The position numbers were made by a program, and so were the translations under genes. Positions 20,698 to 29,701 of a stretch of 64,000 nucleotides of DNA are shown in pieces. The DNA lies in contig OZ244621.1 of the NCBI GenBank assembly GCA_965218425.1, forward strand, positions 3,200,001-3,264,000, read 5' to 3'. How positions within the stretch are numbered: the first letter of the stretch is position 1; every line of letters begins with the position of its first letter. The notes under the pieces were generated by a model, which saw only the letters and a program-made list of their open reading frames with translations, had not been told where the DNA came from and did not search any database. The DNA is from an uncultured Candidatus Binatia bacterium. GTDB taxonomy: Bacteria; Desulfobacterota; Binatia; UBA9968; CAXXLF01.

Positions 20698-21476
20698 TAG
20701 TTTGGTTGTGAGTTAGAGACTAAAAACACTGAAGCCGGTCCTTTTGGGAACCGGCTTCGCACCCTACCCCGCAGGATAGGGGAGATTACCAGACTCACTA
20801 TCTCAGATAGGTACAACGTTGTCAAGGGATGATTATTGAAAAACCTGTGTAACGGACCAACAGCATCTGTTAATTCTGTCTTCTTTTCATCGGTAAAACG
20901 TACAATAGAGACGTAATCATTCAGTTTGATAGTCTGGACCTCTGTTTCAAAATTGTAGATTGGTGCGTAAGTGGGACCAGTAGATGCTTTTCCCTGCCAG
21001 ATCTTGATGTATTCATCCAGGCAGGTCAAAACCTGCCGCTTTGAAAAATGAATACGGCTATACCCCCTGATCAAATGACGTATTGGATCAATGAGTTCAA
21101 AAATTATACGAGGCCGAAGCTGCTCGAAGCTCGGGTTCTTTACTTCTGACAGTTTAATTTCGGATGCGAGACCAGATTCAAAGAACGCCTTTGCGCAATT
21201 CTGTGAGTCCGTTTCCTGAAACACATCATCATCCGAAGAAGTGGGAATGAACATCTCATACGCTACAACATACTGGGGGACAACAGCCCCATTGCCACCA
21301 CCAAACAGAAAACTATTCACCAGGAATTCTCTGGAGCCGTTTTCCTTGTGTCGCTGGCCTATCGCTTTGAGAATGAGTTTCGAAAACTTCAAATATTGTG
21401 TTTTGAAATTCTCGAGTTCTAGTGAAATACCCATTTTTTGGTTCATGCTGCTCATTTTGTCCCTAACCTCTCCCAT
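20694..21476 (-). CDS. Low-GC hypothetical protein, probably C-terminally truncated; possible defence-gene remnant
   Basis: 260-aa AT-rich ORF; its last ~45 codons run through the structured RNA element. Confidence 0.5.
   Translation of the reverse strand: MGEVRDKMSSMNQKMGISLELENFKTQYLKFSKLILKAIGQRHKENGSREFLVNSFLFGGGNGAVVPQYVVAYEMFIPTSSDDDVFQETDSQNCAKAFFESGLASEIKLSEVKNPSFEQLRPRIIFELIDPIRHLIRGYSRIHFSKRQVLTCLDEYIKIWQGKASTGPTYAPIYNFETEVQTIKLNDYVSIVRFTDEKKTELTDAVGPLHRFFNNHPLTTLYLSEIVSLVISPILRGRVRSRFPKGPASVFLVSNSQPNY
20722..20796 (-). ncRNA. Candidate structured small RNA
   Basis: TTGACA(20825-20820)-17-GATAGT promoter; hairpins CCTATCC/GGGTAGG and GAAGCCGG(T)TCC/GGACCGGCTTC, then a T-run. Confidence 0.45.
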
Positions 21477-21746
21477 TACTTGACCGACTTGACTGAAGTG
21501 TTAGCCAGATCCAGAACGGATGTGGCATCATGTGTGGCCGTAACTGGTAATTCCAGATACCACTCATGCGTTACATGCTGATTATAAGTCTTTTTCCCAA
21601 GTGCCGCGGGGCAACGTGGCTACTTCCAGCAGCAACCGGTGCACAAATGCCTGGGAAAGGAAATTGCTAAACTTCGGTAACAGACATTGTCTATACAGGG
21701 ATCATCGCCATGAGACTGGAAACCACATCACACCCTATTTTACTGA

Positions 21747-21775
21747 TTGACAGGAGCGTTCTTAATAGATATAAT
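21747..21775 (+). promoter_or_regulatory. Perfect-consensus sigma70 promoter
   Basis: TTGACA (21747-52), 17-bp spacer, TATAAT (21770-75). Confidence 0.85.
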
Positions 21776-21781
21776 ATACTT

Positions 21782-21875
21782 AACCTGATTTAGCTGATCG
21801 GGAATTGAGGTCTTTCCATTAACAAGATGAAAGATTCACAAAATAAAACGGGTGGCCTTTGGGCTGCCCTTTTTT
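21782..21875 (+). ncRNA. Candidate ~94-nt small RNA or attenuated leader
   Basis: Bounded by a consensus promoter and an intrinsic terminator; two internal hairpins. Confidence 0.55.
21850..21875 (+). terminator. Intrinsic terminator, possibly bidirectional
   Basis: GGGTGGCC-TTTG-GGCTGCCC-TTTTTT, preceded by an A-tract. Confidence 0.8.
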
Positions 21876-22227
21876 ATCGTTCATATGATCCAACGAACAA
21901 CACCATGTGTCTCCCATCCAAGCATGGGCTGGGAAAATTGGTGACACCTCCGCCTCTACACAGAGGTATCGGAAAGCAACAGGCGAAACAAGCTCTTGTC
22001 TAAAACCCATCGGAGAGGACTAAGATACATCGGTCGGCGGGATCTGGAAAGCTACGCAAACGGCTTGAAGAGATCGAGGTACATATTCTCAACCGGCAAA
22101 CGTGGCCTTGACCCCTTGCCATCATGCGGCAAGGGATTAAACCGCTCCGGAGCCTGCTGCGTGTCATTGGGGGCCGGAAGACCGCTACCGCTATGCGGAC
22201 GCGCGTGGACGGCAGGAGGATAACGAT

Positions 22228-23073
22228 ATGCGCAAGTCGTTGACGCTGTCGCTGGCCTTAGGGACGGCGTTCTGTCTGGTGAGCAACGGCGTTGGCGCGG
22301 CGCCCGCGGCCGACCCGTGGCCACGGTGGCAGGAACACGACCCTGGCAGCACACGGGCCGTCGACCATTCGCGGTGGCAGGCGTTTCTGAAGAAGTACAT
22401 GGTGGAGACCCATCCTTCCGGGGTCAATCGGGTCCGCTACGGTGACGTCACCGCGAATGACAGAGCCGCACTGGCCGGCTACGTCGCTCGGCTGCAGGAA
22501 GCGCCCATATCGACCTATAACCGCAGCTCACAGAAGGCCTACTGGATCAATCTCTACAACGCCCTGACGGTCAAGGTCGTACTGGAGCATTTTCCGGTGG
22601 GATCCATCAAGGACATCAGCTTGTCCTCCGGTTTCTTCTCAGGGATCTTTGGCGGCGGCCCCTGGCGGGCGAAGCTGGCCGCCGTGGAGGGCGAAGGCTT
22701 GTCTTTGGACGACATCGAACATCGAATCCTGCGCCCGATCTGGCGCGATAATCGAGTCCATTACGCCGTCTGCTGCGCGAGCGTCGGCTGCCCGAACCTG
22801 CAGCCGGAGGCCTTTACGGCGCAAAACCTGGAGCGGCTTCTGACCCACGGCACGCGGGCGTATGTCAACCACCCGAGAGGCGTCTCGCTCCTGAATGGGC
22901 GGCTGCGTGTGTCGAGCATCTATGACTGGTTTCAGCAGGACTTCGGCGGGAGCAGGCGGGCCGTTGTGCAACATCTACGAGATTACGCGAACTCGGGGTT
23001 GCGGGAAAAGCTCGACGGCTATGACGGTAAGCTCGACTATCACTACGACTGGAGCCTGAACGGCCCCCGTTAG
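22228..23073 (+). CDS. DUF547 domain-containing exported protein
   Basis: Signal peptide; AYWINLYNALT, LSLDDIEHRILR, RVHYAVCCASVGCPNL, YDWSLN. Confidence 0.9.
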   Translation: MRKSLTLSLALGTAFCLVSNGVGAAPAADPWPRWQEHDPGSTRAVDHSRWQAFLKKYMVETHPSGVNRVRYGDVTANDRAALAGYVARLQEAPISTYNRSSQKAYWINLYNALTVKVVLEHFPVGSIKDISLSSGFFSGIFGGGPWRAKLAAVEGEGLSLDDIEHRILRPIWRDNRVHYAVCCASVGCPNLQPEAFTAQNLERLLTHGTRAYVNHPRGVSLLNGRLRVSSIYDWFQQDFGGSRRAVVQHLRDYANSGLREKLDGYDGKLDYHYDWSLNGPR

Positions 23074-23126
23074 CGAGACGAGCCGGGAACCTGAAGCGAA
23101 CGGAGCGACTGGAGGAAACGTCGTTT

Positions 23127-23825
23127 ATGAGTCAACGGATCGTCAAAATAGCACTGGTGGTTCTCGTAGCGGCCCTGGTGGCCGGCTTTTTCATCTTCGA
23201 TCTCGGCAGGTACTTCGACCTGGAATTCATAAAAGCTCAGCGGGATGCTTATCAAAGCTACTACGAGCAACGTCCGTCCATTGCCATACTGGCCTACGCC
23301 GCCATCTATATTGCGGTGACGTCGCTTTCGCTTCCAGGCGCCGCGATCCTGACGCTCCTCGGGGGGGCCCTGTTCGGAGTGGTTACCGGCACCGTCGTCG
23401 TTTCATTCTGCAGTACCATCGGCGCGACGGTTTCGTTCCTGGTGGCCCGCTTCCTTTTGCGGGACGCCATTCAGAGCAAGTTCGGAGACAGACTGGAGAC
23501 CATCAACAACGGGATCGCCAAGGAAGGCATATTCTATCTCTTTACCATGCGATTGATTCCGGTGATCCCCTTTTTCGTAATCAATCTCGTGATGGGACTG
23601 ACGCCCATCCGTACGGCGCAATTCTTCTTCGTCAGCCAGCTCGGAATGTTTCCGGGAACGATCGTCTACGTCAACGCCGGGACCCAACTGGTCCAGATCG
23701 ATTCTCTGGCCGGCATCCTTTCACCCCAGCTCATCTTTTCCTTCGTCTTGCTCGGGCTGTTTCCGCTCATCGCAAAAAAATTCGTCGCGCTCGTCAACAG
23801 GAGGAAAAATGCAAAGACGCCGTAG
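23127..23825 (+). CDS. TVP38/TMEM64 (DedA/VTT) membrane protein
   Basis: SLPGAAILTLLGGALFG, RLIPVIPFFVIN, SQLGMFPGT. Confidence 0.92.
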   Translation: MSQRIVKIALVVLVAALVAGFFIFDLGRYFDLEFIKAQRDAYQSYYEQRPSIAILAYAAIYIAVTSLSLPGAAILTLLGGALFGVVTGTVVVSFCSTIGATVSFLVARFLLRDAIQSKFGDRLETINNGIAKEGIFYLFTMRLIPVIPFFVINLVMGLTPIRTAQFFFVSQLGMFPGTIVYVNAGTQLVQIDSLAGILSPQLIFSFVLLGLFPLIAKKFVALVNRRKNAKTP

Positions 23826-23911
23826 AATACCCGAGAACCGGACGCGCCGCCATTGCCGCGAGGGTCTCCTCACGACGCCGTGCTATTTGGAAAGACTGGG
23901 GGAACGGACTT

Positions 23912-25438
23912 ATGCGTAATATTCCACAGTTGTGGCCGCAGGACGAATACAACGGGGTGCTCGCATCGAACACCCATCCGGCGGATTGGACCAATCCCAC
24001 ACCGGCCGACCGCTACAACCTGGTGGTCATAGGCGCTGGGACGGCCGGTTTGGTCACCGCAGCGGGCGCCGCCGGGTTGGGCGCAAAGGTCGCTTTGATC
24101 GAACGCCACTTTCTCGGAGGAGATTGTCTGAACGTCGGATGTGTCCCGTCCAAGTGCATGATTCGCTCTTCCAGAGTGATTGCGGATATGCGCGAGGCAA
24201 CGCAGTTCGGAATACGCCGGCCGGAAGCGGTCGGGGCGGATTTCGGTGCGGTCATGGAGCGCATGCGCAAAATTCGCTCGCACATCAGCCACCACGATTC
24301 GGTGAAACGCTTTGCCGACCTGGGAATCGACGTGTTCCTCGGAGACGCCCGGTTCTCCGGCCCGGATACCGTGGACGTGGACGGCCAGGCCGTGCGCTTC
24401 AAGAAGGCCGTCATTGCCACCGGGGCCCGGGCCGATCAACCCCGCCCGCCAATCAAGGGTCTCGCGGAAACCGGCTACGTCACCAATGAGACCGTTTTTT
24501 CACTGACCGAACGCCCCGAACGGCTCGCCGTTGTCGGGGCCGGTCCCATCGGCTGTGAATTGGCGCAAACCTTCGAGCGTCTGGGTTGCGAGGTGGTCCT
24601 TTTTCACAGCGGGGGCCACATCCTGAACCGTGAAGACGCCGATGCCGCGGCCATCGTCCAGCAACAATTCCTCCAGGAGGACATCCGGCTGGTTCTTGGA
24701 AGCGAGATCAAGCGGGCAGCAAAAGAAAACGGCCGGAAGGTGCTTTATTTCGAGTCTGCCGGACGGGAAGATTCGGTGGCCGTGGACGAAATACTGGTGG
24801 GGGCTGGTCGTGCTCCAAACGTCGACGGCCTGAACCTCGAGGCCGTGGGAGTCCAATACGACAACCGACGCGGTGTCGTGGTCAATGACTACCTGCAAAC
24901 CACCAACCCGCGAATCTTCGCCGGCGGTGATATCTGCATGGACTGGAAATTCACCCATGCAGCCGATGCGGCCGCCCGCATCATCATTCAGAACGCCCTG
25001 TTCTACAAGAGCAGGAAGCTGAGCTCCCTCATCATGCCCTGGGCCACCTACACGGACCCGGAGATCGCTCATGTCGGGATGTACGAGCATGACGCTCAAA
25101 GTCAAGGGATTGCCATCGATACCTACGTGCGGGAGCTCAAGGAGGTAGACCGGGCCCTGGCGGACGGCGAAGAAAAGGGGTTTGTCAAAATCCACGTCAA
25201 AAAGGGCACCGACAAGATCGTCGGAGGAACCATCGTGGCTCGTCATGCCGGAGAGATGATCAGCGAGATCACCCTGGCCATGGCGGGAAACGTTGGCCTT
25301 GGGACGATTGCCAATGTGGTCCACCCCTATCCCACGCAAGCGGAAGCCATCAAGCAGACCGGGGATGCGTACAACCGAACCCGGCTGACGCCCCTGGTGA
25401 AGAGGCTGTTCCAACGCTGGCTGGCTTGGAACCGCTGA
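23912..25438 (+). CDS. Pyridine nucleotide-disulfide oxidoreductase (mercuric reductase / lipoamide dehydrogenase-like)
   Basis: GAGTAG, GGDCLNVGCVPSK, GAGPIG, HPYPTQAE; no NmerA domain and no C-terminal Cys-Cys. Confidence 0.9.
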   Translation: MRNIPQLWPQDEYNGVLASNTHPADWTNPTPADRYNLVVIGAGTAGLVTAAGAAGLGAKVALIERHFLGGDCLNVGCVPSKCMIRSSRVIADMREATQFGIRRPEAVGADFGAVMERMRKIRSHISHHDSVKRFADLGIDVFLGDARFSGPDTVDVDGQAVRFKKAVIATGARADQPRPPIKGLAETGYVTNETVFSLTERPERLAVVGAGPIGCELAQTFERLGCEVVLFHSGGHILNREDADAAAIVQQQFLQEDIRLVLGSEIKRAAKENGRKVLYFESAGREDSVAVDEILVGAGRAPNVDGLNLEAVGVQYDNRRGVVVNDYLQTTNPRIFAGGDICMDWKFTHAADAAARIIIQNALFYKSRKLSSLIMPWATYTDPEIAHVGMYEHDAQSQGIAIDTYVRELKEVDRALADGEEKGFVKIHVKKGTDKIVGGTIVARHAGEMISEITLAMAGNVGLGTIANVVHPYPTQAEAIKQTGDAYNRTRLTPLVKRLFQRWLAWNR

Positions 25439-25699
25439 GGATGTCCATCCGAAGTCGCCGGCCTGGTCGCGTCACGGCGTGCCGGCGGCTCGCTGCCTGT
25501 CGATAGCAGACTTCCGCGCCCTGCCAGCGCAAACGGATCGCCCCCCAAGCCCCATTCCTCGTAACCGCTGTCCCCATGCGCTAATAGCCCCCGACCCTGT
25601 ATCTCCGCCTTCAATCCCGACGCCGCAGTAGGGGTCACTAGGTTTTTCGGTTAACGCAATATTTCAATAGCGATAACTTGGCCGTAGCGAGGTCCACCA

Positions 25700-25775
25700 A
25701 CGTCACGTCCACCGCGGATCGAGTGCCCAGGTGCCTACTACCACATCATGAGCCGCGGAAGGGTGCGCCAGGGGG
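25700..25775 (+). pseudogene. N-terminal remnant of a REP-associated tyrosine transposase (Y1/RAYT)
   Basis: (ACG)SRPPRIECPGAYYHIMSRG matches the RAYT N-terminus MARPLRIEYPGAxYHVxSRG; start codon mutated. Confidence 0.75.
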
Positions 25776-26224
25776 TGAAAGAGAAGAACTTTATTTCTAA
25801 GTGGATTAGTCTTGCCTCACGTGATGATTTGCTGGGGTATAGAGAAACAGCAAATGTCCATTTGATTCCGTCAACGTCGGTTGCACTTTCAGAATTCCTT
25901 ATAGAGTGGCAAGCTTCAAAGATGACAAACTGAAGCTCTCAGGTTATCGGAAAAGAGTCCGCGGTAGCTTTGGCGAAGTGATTTTGCGAGACCTCTGCAT
26001 AACACTATAATTTGAAGGGATTGGTCGACAGAAGGGTTTAGGGGAAGGGTTTTCTCGGGCTGTTGCTGTGCAAGGGCTTTGTTTGGGTGGATTTCAGGCT
26101 GTTCAGGCCTGATTTTCCAATATCCGGGCGCACTTATTCCCCATATGCCGCCTCCCGCAGACCATAAAGACGCAGGAACTTGGCGTCATGGAGGCGTTCC
26201 GGTTTTGTTAGCCGGCCTAATGGT

Positions 26225-26959
26225 TCAGTCTCGTGGGCCAGTCCTGATGTTCAGGCGACCGTCCTTTAGATTGACCAGCTGCCCCGAGACCTCCATGCCA
26301 GCCTCGGCTGCCAACAGGAAACGGTCGCCCATATCTGCGGGGGACTTCATGCGCCTGCGCGCTTCCTCGGGTGCATCCTCCGTGGCGAAGGGACCTTCCG
26401 GGGCCACGATGACAACGCATATATTGGACTCGTGAACCTCATCGGCTACCATGCGGGTAAAACTACGGATGGCCTCCTTCGTGACCACGTAGGCGCAAGC
26501 CCCGGGTTCGCTCCCACCGCCGTGGACGTTTAGGATATGCCCGGACCGCCGTTTTTCCATATAGGGGATTACATGTTTCGTGCAGAGAAAGGTGCCACCC
26601 AAAGTGGTTTGGATGGCTCTTTCCCAAAATGTTTTTTCCATGTCACGGATCAAAGCCCACTTTGGCACTCCCCAATTAAAGTGGGGGACGATTGCCGCGT
26701 TATTGACTAGAACATCAATCTGTCCAAAGCGGCTGGCCACTTGAGCGATGAACTCGCGGACTTCGTCTTCGTTTCTGACGTCCACCCTGGCGCTCAGCGC
26801 GCCCGAGGTCATGCCCTCAAGCTCCTTGCCTGTTTGTTCCAGTCGGGCGGTGTCGATGTCGGCGATGGCCACCTTGGCGCCTGCCTTGGCAAACCCATGG
26901 GCGATATAGCGGCCGATGCCTTTGGCTCCCCCCGTTACTATGGTTACCTGTCCTTGCAT
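26225..26959 (-). CDS. SDR family oxidoreductase (tandem copy 3)
   Basis: TGGAKGIG, NNAA, YVVTK; GGGAGG RBS. Confidence 0.9.
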   Translation of the reverse strand: MQGQVTIVTGGAKGIGRYIAHGFAKAGAKVAIADIDTARLEQTGKELEGMTSGALSARVDVRNEDEVREFIAQVASRFGQIDVLVNNAAIVPHFNWGVPKWALIRDMEKTFWERAIQTTLGGTFLCTKHVIPYMEKRRSGHILNVHGGGSEPGACAYVVTKEAIRSFTRMVADEVHESNICVVIVAPEGPFATEDAPEEARRRMKSPADMGDRFLLAAEAGMEVSGQLVNLKDGRLNIRTGPRD

Positions 26960-27006
26960 TTTGTCCTCCCTTTCCTGGTCAGAGGGGGTCTCAATTGCCC
27001 GCGTAT

Positions 27007-27732
27007 TTAGGGTTCCCTGACCTTCAAACTGCCGTCCGTAAACGTGAGCAGTTTCCCTGACATCTCCATGTCGGCCTGGGCAGCCAGGTTGAAGCGATTG
27101 CCCAACGATTCCAATCCCGGGAGTCGCTTGCGCGCTTCCTCCGGCGCGTACTCCGTGGCCACTGCGCCCTCCGGGGCATGAGCCACCACGCAAATGTTCG
27201 CCTCCCGTACCTCCTCGGCCACCATACGAGTAAAGGCGCGAATGGCCTCCTTCGAGACGACATAGGCACAGGCACCGATGTCACGCCCGCCGCCGAACAG
27301 GTTCACGATATGCCCGGATCGCCGCTTTTCCATGTAAGGGATTACGTGTTTGGTGCAGAGGAAGGTGCCGCCCAGGTTGGTCTCGATAACCCGGTCCCAG
27401 AAGCTTTTGTCCATGTCTCGAATGGCAGCCCACTTCGGTACTCCCCAACTAAAGTGAGGAACTAAAGCTGCACAATTGACCAGGACGTCGATCTGCCCGA
27501 AGCGGCTGGCCACTTGATCGATATACCCACGGACCTCGTTTTCACTCCTGACATCGACTCTGGCACTCATCGCCTGGGATGTCATGCCATCCAGCTCCTT
27601 TTGCGTCCGTGCCAATAGCTCCGTGTCGATGTCGGCGATGGCCACCTTGGCGCCCGCCTTGGCGAATCCATGGGCGATATAGCGCCCGATGCCCCTGGCA
27701 CCGCCGGTCACTATGGTTGCTTTGTCTCGCAT
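27007..27732 (-). CDS. SDR family oxidoreductase (tandem copy 2)
   Basis: TGGARGIG, YVVSK; GGGAGG RBS. Confidence 0.9.
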   Translation of the reverse strand: MRDKATIVTGGARGIGRYIAHGFAKAGAKVAIADIDTELLARTQKELDGMTSQAMSARVDVRSENEVRGYIDQVASRFGQIDVLVNCAALVPHFSWGVPKWAAIRDMDKSFWDRVIETNLGGTFLCTKHVIPYMEKRRSGHIVNLFGGGRDIGACAYVVSKEAIRAFTRMVAEEVREANICVVAHAPEGAVATEYAPEEARKRLPGLESLGNRFNLAAQADMEMSGKLLTFTDGSLKVREP

Positions 27733-27752
27733 TTTGTTTGTCCTCCCAAAAA

Positions 27753-28481
27753 CTACCAAGGGTCAATTATGTTCAAGCGCCCATCCTTTAGGTTCACCAG
27801 TTTCCCTGACATCTCCATGCCGGCCTGTGCGGCCAAGACGAACCGATTGCCCAGGGATTCCACCCCCGGAACCTGCTTGCGTGCCTCCTGCGGGGAATAG
27901 TCGAAGGAGACTGAATGCTCGGGTGATACGGTGACAACGCATATGTTGTCTTCGCGCACCTCTTCAGCCACCATACGGCTAAAGGTCCGTACGGCTTCTT
28001 TGGTAACCACGTAGGCGCAGGCCCCGATATTTCCCCCGCCACCGTGCATGTTCACGATATGACCCGATTTGCGTTTTTCCATGTAGGGAATCACGTGTTT
28101 GGTGCACAGAAACACGCCCCCTAGATTGGTCTGGATGACCCGGTCCCAGAAGGATTTCTCCATGTCCCTTATGACGGGCCATTTGGGCACACCCCAACTG
28201 AAGTGGGGAACGATTCCCGCACAGGTGACCAAGATGTCGATCTGGCTGAAGCGATCGGCAGCACGGGCCATAAGATCCTTTACTTCGTTCTCATTGGTTA
28301 TATCGGCCTTAACACTGAAAGAATCCGAGGTCATGCCCTCCAGCTCCTTTTGCGTCCGTGCCAATAGCTCCGTGTCGATGTCGGCGATGGCTATCCGAAC
28401 ACCTTCCCTGGCTAACCCCTGGGCAATGTAGCGCCCTACTCCTTTGGCCCCGCCGGTTACCACGGCTGCTTGTCCGCGCAT
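27753..28481 (-). CDS. SDR family oxidoreductase (tandem copy 1)
   Basis: TGGAKGVG, YVVTK. Confidence 0.9.
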   Translation of the reverse strand: MRGQAAVVTGGAKGVGRYIAQGLAREGVRIAIADIDTELLARTQKELEGMTSDSFSVKADITNENEVKDLMARAADRFSQIDILVTCAGIVPHFSWGVPKWPVIRDMEKSFWDRVIQTNLGGVFLCTKHVIPYMEKRKSGHIVNMHGGGGNIGACAYVVTKEAVRTFSRMVAEEVREDNICVVTVSPEHSVSFDYSPQEARKQVPGVESLGNRFVLAAQAGMEMSGKLVNLKDGRLNIIDPW

Positions 28482-28523
28482 ATTATCTTCCTTTCCTGTT
28501 CCTCACCGCCTCAGGTTTCGTCC

Positions 28524-29585
28524 TCATAAGGCGTAGAGCCGCTTTGCGTTGTCGTACAGAATCTTGTCGATGATATCGGGTGCCACAGTGCCCTTGGTTC
28601 TAAGATTGCGCAACGCCTTGAGCTCAGCGGAGGTGTCGTTGTGTCCGTAGTCTGAGCCGATGACGATGTTATCCTCACCCGCACACTCGAGAATATTGGG
28701 CAGGTCGTCGGCAGTCTGGCATGCCACGAACATGCGGTTCTCTTTCAACAGGTCGGCCCCGGGCCATCGGATGCCGCGTTTGCGAAACCGAATCTCCAAG
28801 TCATTCATTGCGTATGGTATCCACTGTGCGCTGACTTCTATGAATCCCCATCTGAGATCCGGGAACATGGCGGGGACTTGTTTCATAATCAGGTCATGGA
28901 AGGCCCCCACCACCGGGAGTTTGAAGGTGGAAAAGCCTGAATCCTGGCCGAAGATCTCGTGCATGGCAAAGCTTCCTGAGGTGGCATGAACACAGGCGGG
29001 CATATCGAGCTTCTCGGCCTCTTGGTAAAGCGGGAAGAAGTAGGGGGTAGAGAGACGGCGATCGCTCTCCACACCATGCAACATGAAGGCGCAGGCGCCG
29101 TGCTCCTTTGCCCAGCGCAGCTCCTCGAGGGATTTGTCCATACTCAATAGGGGAAGGACGGCCGCCCATCGGAGGCGTCCCTTCCCTTTCCGCCAGATAT
29201 CTCCCATCCAACGGTTGTAGCTCCGGTGCAGGGCCACCTCCACCTCGGGCCGGCGGGTCAGCGGGCTCAACAGGCTTGGGTAGAGGACGTGGATGTCGAC
29301 ACCCAATTCGTCCATGTGGGCAAGGCGCGCCTCGATGTCCGAAGCCTCCCGGGCCCCCGGTGACATCTCGTTGCTCACGAAACCGGACTGCTTGGAATAA
29401 ACCCTACCGTCGATGATCCAAAACTCCTGGATCTCACGAGCAGTCCCTGTGAACCCCGTAAGGCTTACGGCGCGGCCGTGTTTCGGAACCACAACTACCG
29501 GCCTGAAGGCCTGTTCTTCTTCCGCTATAAAATCCCAGGTGTGCTCGTTTTCTATCACATGGGCATCGGCATCGATGATCTGCAT
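28524..29585 (-). CDS. Amidohydrolase_2 family protein
   Basis: IIDADAHV, RLAHMDELGVD, PACVH, IGSDYGH. Confidence 0.9.
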   Translation of the reverse strand: MQIIDADAHVIENEHTWDFIAEEEQAFRPVVVVPKHGRAVSLTGFTGTAREIQEFWIIDGRVYSKQSGFVSNEMSPGAREASDIEARLAHMDELGVDIHVLYPSLLSPLTRRPEVEVALHRSYNRWMGDIWRKGKGRLRWAAVLPLLSMDKSLEELRWAKEHGACAFMLHGVESDRRLSTPYFFPLYQEAEKLDMPACVHATSGSFAMHEIFGQDSGFSTFKLPVVGAFHDLIMKQVPAMFPDLRWGFIEVSAQWIPYAMNDLEIRFRKRGIRWPGADLLKENRMFVACQTADDLPNILECAGEDNIVIGSDYGHNDTSAELKALRNLRTKGTVAPDIIDKILYDNAKRLYAL

Positions 29586-29701
29586 AGGTAGAGGCCCTCC
29601 CTGTCACTTTAGTGTGAGTTAACCCCTATGCAATACCGATATTTCTGTTAGAATGTCAATGGGTATAAGGTAGGCGAAGCCATAGGAGACATGGGACCAT
29701 C

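Noticed and set aside
21819..22010. Type I toxin antisense to the candidate sRNA
   Set aside because: The 63-aa minus-strand ORF has no hydrophobic helix or clear RBS
23912..25438. True mercuric reductase / mer operon
   Set aside because: No C-terminal Cys-Cys, no NmerA domain and no merR/T/P
26960..27193. N-terminal extension of SDR copy 3 given in the ORF track
   Set aside because: Overlaps copy 2 out of frame; a clear RBS and ATG lie at 26959
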